From the NCBI RefSeq assembly GCF_000175255.2, contig NC_017262.1:1890001-1922000 (forward strand): a DNA stretch of 32,000 nucleotides, given 5' to 3'. Origin of the DNA: Zymomonas mobilis subsp. mobilis ATCC 10988. GTDB taxonomy: Bacteria > Pseudomonadota > Alphaproteobacteria > Sphingomonadales > Sphingomonadaceae. The notes under the pieces were generated by a model. The model was not told where the DNA came from. It did no database searches and worked only from the letters and a program-made list of their open reading frames with translations. Positions 28,336-32,000 of this stretch are shown here, in pieces (position 1 is the stretch's first letter; every line of letters begins with the position of its first letter). A program made the translations under genes and the position numbers.

Positions 28336-29565
28336 GTGTTTGAGGAGCTGCCAACAGAACGGCAGATCAAATGCCGTTTTATAGGGAGTGACGTTGCGTT
28401 GCCTATTGCGCTTTTAGCCTTGGCCATCGGTGCTTTTGGTTTGGGGACGACCGAGACCATCGTGATGGGCATTTTGCCCGAGCTTTCCGATAATCTGCAT
28501 GTCTCTATCGCGAAAGCAGGCCTCCTCGTTTCGGGATATGCCATTGGCGTGACAATCGCATCGCCTCTTATGGCCATTATAACCAATCGCTATTCGCGGC
28601 GGCAAACGTTGCTGCTGATGATGGCCATTTTTGTTGTCGGTAATATCTGTAGTGCTCTGGCTCCGAATTATAACCTGCTGATGGCTAGTCGGTTTTTGAC
28701 ATCGCTCTCGCATGGGACTTTCTATGGCGCCGCTTCGATTGTCGCTTGTCAGCTTGTCCCTCCCCAGAAGAGAGCCGAGGCGCTTTCTATCGTTTATATC
28801 GGGCTGACTTTAGCGATGGTGCTAGGGGTTCCGCTTGGTACATTGGTAGCGCAATTTACGTCTTGGCGGGTTTCTTTCTGGTTGATTGGTGGCGTTGGTA
28901 GCTTGGCATGGATCAGCATCTGGTATTTAATCCCACATGATAACCAGACCAATACAAGCATTCGTCTTTATGACCAATTCCGCTCTCTAACGCATCCGAT
29001 GGTCATTCTGATGATGCTGGTGTCGATGTGTACCTCTGCCGGTATGTTCGGGCTTTTTACTTATATCACGCCTTTTCTAGAAATCAGGACTGGGCTTTCG
29101 GCACATGCTACCGATTGGGTTTTGTTATTGATTGGCGCGGGTCTTTGCTTGGGTAATCTTTTGGGCGGACGCTTGGCTGACTGGAAAATGCTGCCTTCCT
29201 GCGGTGGCCTTTTAGCGATGACGATTATCATCCAACTATTATTGATTTCGGGAAGCCTCCATGTCTGGAGTTGCATATTGTTGCTTTTCTTCTGGGGTGT
29301 TTTTATCTACGCCCCGATGGCTCCGCTACAATCTTATGTTGTAACATGTGCAGAATCTGCCCCCAATATTGCTGCCGCTGTTAATCAAAGCTCTTTTAAT
29401 CTGGGCAATGCCATAGGATCTTGGTCGGGTAGCTTGTTGGTTGGAACTTTACCTTCAACCTATGAAAAATTGCCGATTTTAGCATCCGCTTTTCTGGCTG
29501 CTGGCGTTCTCTTGGTCTGTCTTTCCGGCTATCTCCAGTCACAAAAAATCAAAGAAAAGCTTTGA
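28336..29565 (+). CDS. DHA1-type MFS transporter (YdhP/AraJ-like)
   Basis: LLALAIGAFGLGTTETIVMGILPELS..AGLLVSGYAIGV..SRFLTSLSHGTFYG parallels E. coli YdhP (LLALAIGAFGIGTTEF..). The start is uncertain: GTG 28336 or TTG 28399. Confidence 0.85.
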   Translation: MFEELPTERQIKCRFIGSDVALPIALLALAIGAFGLGTTETIVMGILPELSDNLHVSIAKAGLLVSGYAIGVTIASPLMAIITNRYSRRQTLLLMMAIFVVGNICSALAPNYNLLMASRFLTSLSHGTFYGAASIVACQLVPPQKRAEALSIVYIGLTLAMVLGVPLGTLVAQFTSWRVSFWLIGGVGSLAWISIWYLIPHDNQTNTSIRLYDQFRSLTHPMVILMMLVSMCTSAGMFGLFTYITPFLEIRTGLSAHATDWVLLLIGAGLCLGNLLGGRLADWKMLPSCGGLLAMTIIIQLLLISGSLHVWSCILLLFFWGVFIYAPMAPLQSYVVTCAESAPNIAAAVNQSSFNLGNAIGSWSGSLLVGTLPSTYEKLPILASAFLAAGVLLVCLSGYLQSQKIKEKL

Positions 29566-29620
29566 CTTCGATATCGCTCTCTCTATTCCAAAATTTTATT
29601 GAGGTAATTTTATATCTTTG

Positions 29621-29658
29621 TTGATACGAAAAGAGAGAAATTTTCGTATCAATATTTT
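29621..29658 (+). terminator. Rho-independent terminator of the MFS gene
   Basis: Perfect 12-bp stem TTGATACGAAAA (29621-29632) / TTTTCGTATCAA (29641-29652), followed by TATTTT. Confidence 0.8.
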
Positions 29659-29719
29659 AACATTGAATAATGCATTAGGTTATCAGTCTGTATAGCCACA
29701 ATTATGATGAAAGCTGACA

Positions 29720-30817
29720 ATGAAGACAAAAATAGTAAAGCTTTTGACTTTGGGGACATCATTAGGAATGGCGGCTATGGGACTTATTGCGCCTGCCATA
29801 GCAAAGACTGATACCGCTAAAATTGAACCCAAAGTCATCATTGTGGCTGGCTGGGAAAATGGGGCTGATACGGGTGACAAACCCGGCGAATATCAATTCT
29901 GGGTCGAACGGATGCATCTTGATGAGAAATTACCCATCGAAGGCATATCCACACAAGTTCTAAGAAGAAATAGCGATGGCGTTTATGCTCTCGTTTTGAA
30001 AGATGGCGCGACTGATCTCACTGCCTTAGCTTTGGACAAACATTTCGATCTCAAGCACAGCTATTGGATTTTTACAGGTATCTCCGGCGTAAATCCCAAT
30101 CTTGCCTCTGTTGGGAGTGTCGCATGGTCACGATGGGTCGTTGACGGGGACGCACTTCGTGAAATTGATGATCGGGACATCCCAAAAGATTGGCCATATG
30201 GATTATATGCTATTGGCGCGGATAGACCTGATAGCCTTCCAGTGGATCCTAATCATTACGGATCGGTCACAGATGTCGCCCAATTAACCAAAGCCTATCC
30301 TCTTAACCGAGGATTAGAACAATGGGCTTACACAATCAGCCGAAATGTTCCCTTAAAAGATGATCCCGTGATTGCCCGCCAACGGCAAAAATGGACAGAT
30401 TACCCTTATGCTCAAAAAGCGCCGATGATTTTGGAAGGCGAAACACTTGGCGCGCATCGCTATTGGCATGGTGAAAGACGCAATCAATGGGCAGAAAACT
30501 GGGTTAAATTATGGACGAAAGGGCAGGGACGTTTCGTCATGACCAATGAAGAAAGCCAGATCAACCAGCGTGAAATGCGCGTTTTAGCCCAATTAGGTTA
30601 TATTGATCCCGACCGTATTCTTGTGCTTCGTTCGGGCAGTAATTTCAGTATGCCACCCAAAGGAGTCGCTATTACAGACTCCATGGGTGACGAAGAATCC
30701 GGCCAAGTGATCGCCTTTGACAATAACGAAAGAGCCGGAGAACCCGTTGTCAAAGAATTGGTCAAAAATTGGAATAAATATTTCACCCAACTTCCTGATA
30801 GTAGATTTCAATTTTAA
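29720..30817 (+). CDS. Exported NUP-family protein, a family usually annotated as 'purine nucleoside permease'
   Basis: Signal peptide MKTKIVKLLTLGTSLGMAAMGLIAPAIA. The motif GADTGDKPGEYQFWVER followed by FTGISGVNP matches my recollection of bacterial NUP (PF06516-type) proteins. Confidence 0.65.
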   Translation: MKTKIVKLLTLGTSLGMAAMGLIAPAIAKTDTAKIEPKVIIVAGWENGADTGDKPGEYQFWVERMHLDEKLPIEGISTQVLRRNSDGVYALVLKDGATDLTALALDKHFDLKHSYWIFTGISGVNPNLASVGSVAWSRWVVDGDALREIDDRDIPKDWPYGLYAIGADRPDSLPVDPNHYGSVTDVAQLTKAYPLNRGLEQWAYTISRNVPLKDDPVIARQRQKWTDYPYAQKAPMILEGETLGAHRYWHGERRNQWAENWVKLWTKGQGRFVMTNEESQINQREMRVLAQLGYIDPDRILVLRSGSNFSMPPKGVAITDSMGDEESGQVIAFDNNERAGEPVVKELVKNWNKYFTQLPDSRFQF

Positions 30818-30830
30818 AATAATAATTGTT

Positions 30831-31640
30831 CTAGTTAATGGAAATGTGTTTTCGAACAATCCTTAAAGATAAAAGTCCAATCAAAGTTAGCACACTACAG
30901 GATAGAGAAAGATACCCGAAGTGAAAATAATGACCGCTTGCTGACTCAAATTGACCATATCTAACCATCTCTGTGCATTCAGCTAGCGGAACCCATTCTA
31001 GCCATGTACGATAAGGATTGGGTATCCATTCAAGCATAAAAAAAATGGCAGATATAGGTAAACAAAAATATGTCATGGGATGAATTAAACGTTCAACAGT
31101 TGCATTTTCATAGGTAATTGCACATACTATAATAGAGGTAGCTAGGGATAGCCAAGTCATATAAACTTGACCAAGCAAGAGATAAATAGGTCTTACTGGG
31201 AGAGTCCCTAATCCGATGCAATAAGACAAAAATAGCAGAATAATAACGCTGCACATAATACCGGCAGCCTCTAAGATAACACGAGCAAATAACATATCAA
31301 ATAAACTAACCATTCTATGGTAAAGTAAGGGTGCATTCGCTTCAACTGTACCCGCTGATCTATTTACAATGTTTCTAAAGATAATAAATGTACCGTATCC
31401 AACAATTGCAAAAGGAATAGGCCTAATATCTGTCATTGAAAATGCGGTTTCTTTCGAACCAGCATGGAGTATACCAATTCCTGTTGCAAACAGCATTGGC
31501 TCAAGAATTATCCAGAGATAACCAATATTTTCCCGACCATAGCGAGTATGTAATTCCCTTAAGATAAGAGCGCCTATAACCCGGAATTGAACTTTTAAAC
31601 CGCAGAAGAAATGTGTAATTTTATTACCATCAAATTCCAT
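30831..31640 (-). CDS. kpsM: ABC-2 type polysaccharide/capsule export permease (KpsM/CtrC/BexB-like)
   Basis: ALILRELHTRYGRENIGYLWIILEP matches the KpsM N-terminal signature (REIRTRFG..LGYLWAILEP). Six TM segments. ATG 31640 is preferred over the track TTG at 31652. About 32% G+C in the one 60-nt block I counted. Confidence 0.8.
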   Translation of the reverse strand: MEFDGNKITHFFCGLKVQFRVIGALILRELHTRYGRENIGYLWIILEPMLFATGIGILHAGSKETAFSMTDIRPIPFAIVGYGTFIIFRNIVNRSAGTVEANAPLLYHRMVSLFDMLFARVILEAAGIMCSVIILLFLSYCIGLGTLPVRPIYLLLGQVYMTWLSLATSIIVCAITYENATVERLIHPMTYFCLPISAIFFMLEWIPNPYRTWLEWVPLAECTEMVRYGQFESASGHYFHFGYLSLSCSVLTLIGLLSLRIVRKHISIN

Positions 31641-31671
31641 GTTTTTTTCCAAAAAATGAATATATTAGTGG

Positions 31672-32000
31672 CTAATTTTTATTAAAAATCTCTGAAATAG
31701 TTTTTTTAATACTGCTTCTCCAATAAGGTAATCTTATTCCAAATATATCTTTAAATTTTTTACAATCGAGACAAGAGTTTTTGGGGCGCTTAGCTAATGT
31801 AGGCCAATCTGAAGTAAAAATAGGTGTTAATTTTGGTAATAATAATCCATAATTTTTAGACTCTTCTAATATAATTTTAGCAAATTCATACCATGAAGCA
31901 GATCCTGTGCCACTAACATTATAGATTCCCTGACATTTCTTCGGGCTTTTATAAAAAATTTGAGGGATGATGTGAATAATAGCATTTGCCAAGTCGTCAG
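31672..32000 (-). CDS. rfbD: dTDP-4-dehydrorhamnose reductase, C-terminal part; the 5' end lies beyond the window
   Basis: ..DDLANAIIHII..GIYNVSGTGSASWYEFAKIILEE..TPIFTSDWPTLAKRPKNSCLDCKKFKDIFGIRLPYW is colinear with the RmlD/RfbD C-terminus. The frame stays open past 31992, so the track Met is an internal TTG. Confidence 0.8.
   Translation of the reverse strand, partial: DDLANAIIHIIPQIFYKSPKKCQGIYNVSGTGSASWYEFAKIILEESKNYGLLLPKLTPIFTSDWPTLAKRPKNSCLDCKKFKDIFGIRLPYWRSSIKKTISEIFNKN

Noticed and set aside
29704-29719. ATGATG upstream of the NUP gene as an alternative start
   Set aside because: It is out of frame with the long ORF. ATG 29720 yields a clean signal peptide.
1-32000. CRISPR arrays, tRNA/rRNA genes, IS elements or long repeats
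   Set aside because: Reading both strands, I saw no regularly spaced direct repeats, no tRNA T-arm/acceptor signatures in the spacers, no transposase-like ORFs and no long duplicated segments. A computational repeat search would be needed to exclude short dispersed repeats.

Overview
The window is 32 kb of chromosomal DNA. Coding regions are about 47-48% G+C by spot hand counts, and intergenic spacers are strikingly A+T-rich. Protein similarities point to an alphaproteobacterium. The Entner-Doudoroff gene pgl, the AT-rich spacers and the overall composition resemble Zymomonas or other Sphingomonadales, but this is inference only. Housekeeping genes (dGTPase-like dgt, sucC, etfB-etfA, pgl, typA) alternate with mostly monocistronic envelope and transport genes: an S1-protease autotransporter, a TonB-dependent receptor, a coiled-coil porin, two MFS pumps, a LysE exporter, an SdaC/TdcC-like permease, a NUP-family exported protein and a KpsM-like permease. 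Most of these units end in a clear rho-independent terminator. I found no rRNA, tRNA, CRISPR array or IS element. The best candidate for something undescribed is the 1047-aa ORF at 1042-4185. It is colinear with a complete endonuclease-Q-like PHP/Zn-finger nuclease fused to a complete UvrD-type SF1 helicase, and it is divergently paired with a dGTPase-like gene. Secondary leads are: an orphan Gin/Hin-like serine recombinase with palindromes in its upstream spacer; sucC followed by etfBA with no sucD; an MFS plus coiled-coil porin pair; a trypsin-fold autotransporter; and a low-GC polysaccharide locus starting at about 30.8 kb. All family assignments come from reading the translations and from remembered motifs. 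No database search was run.
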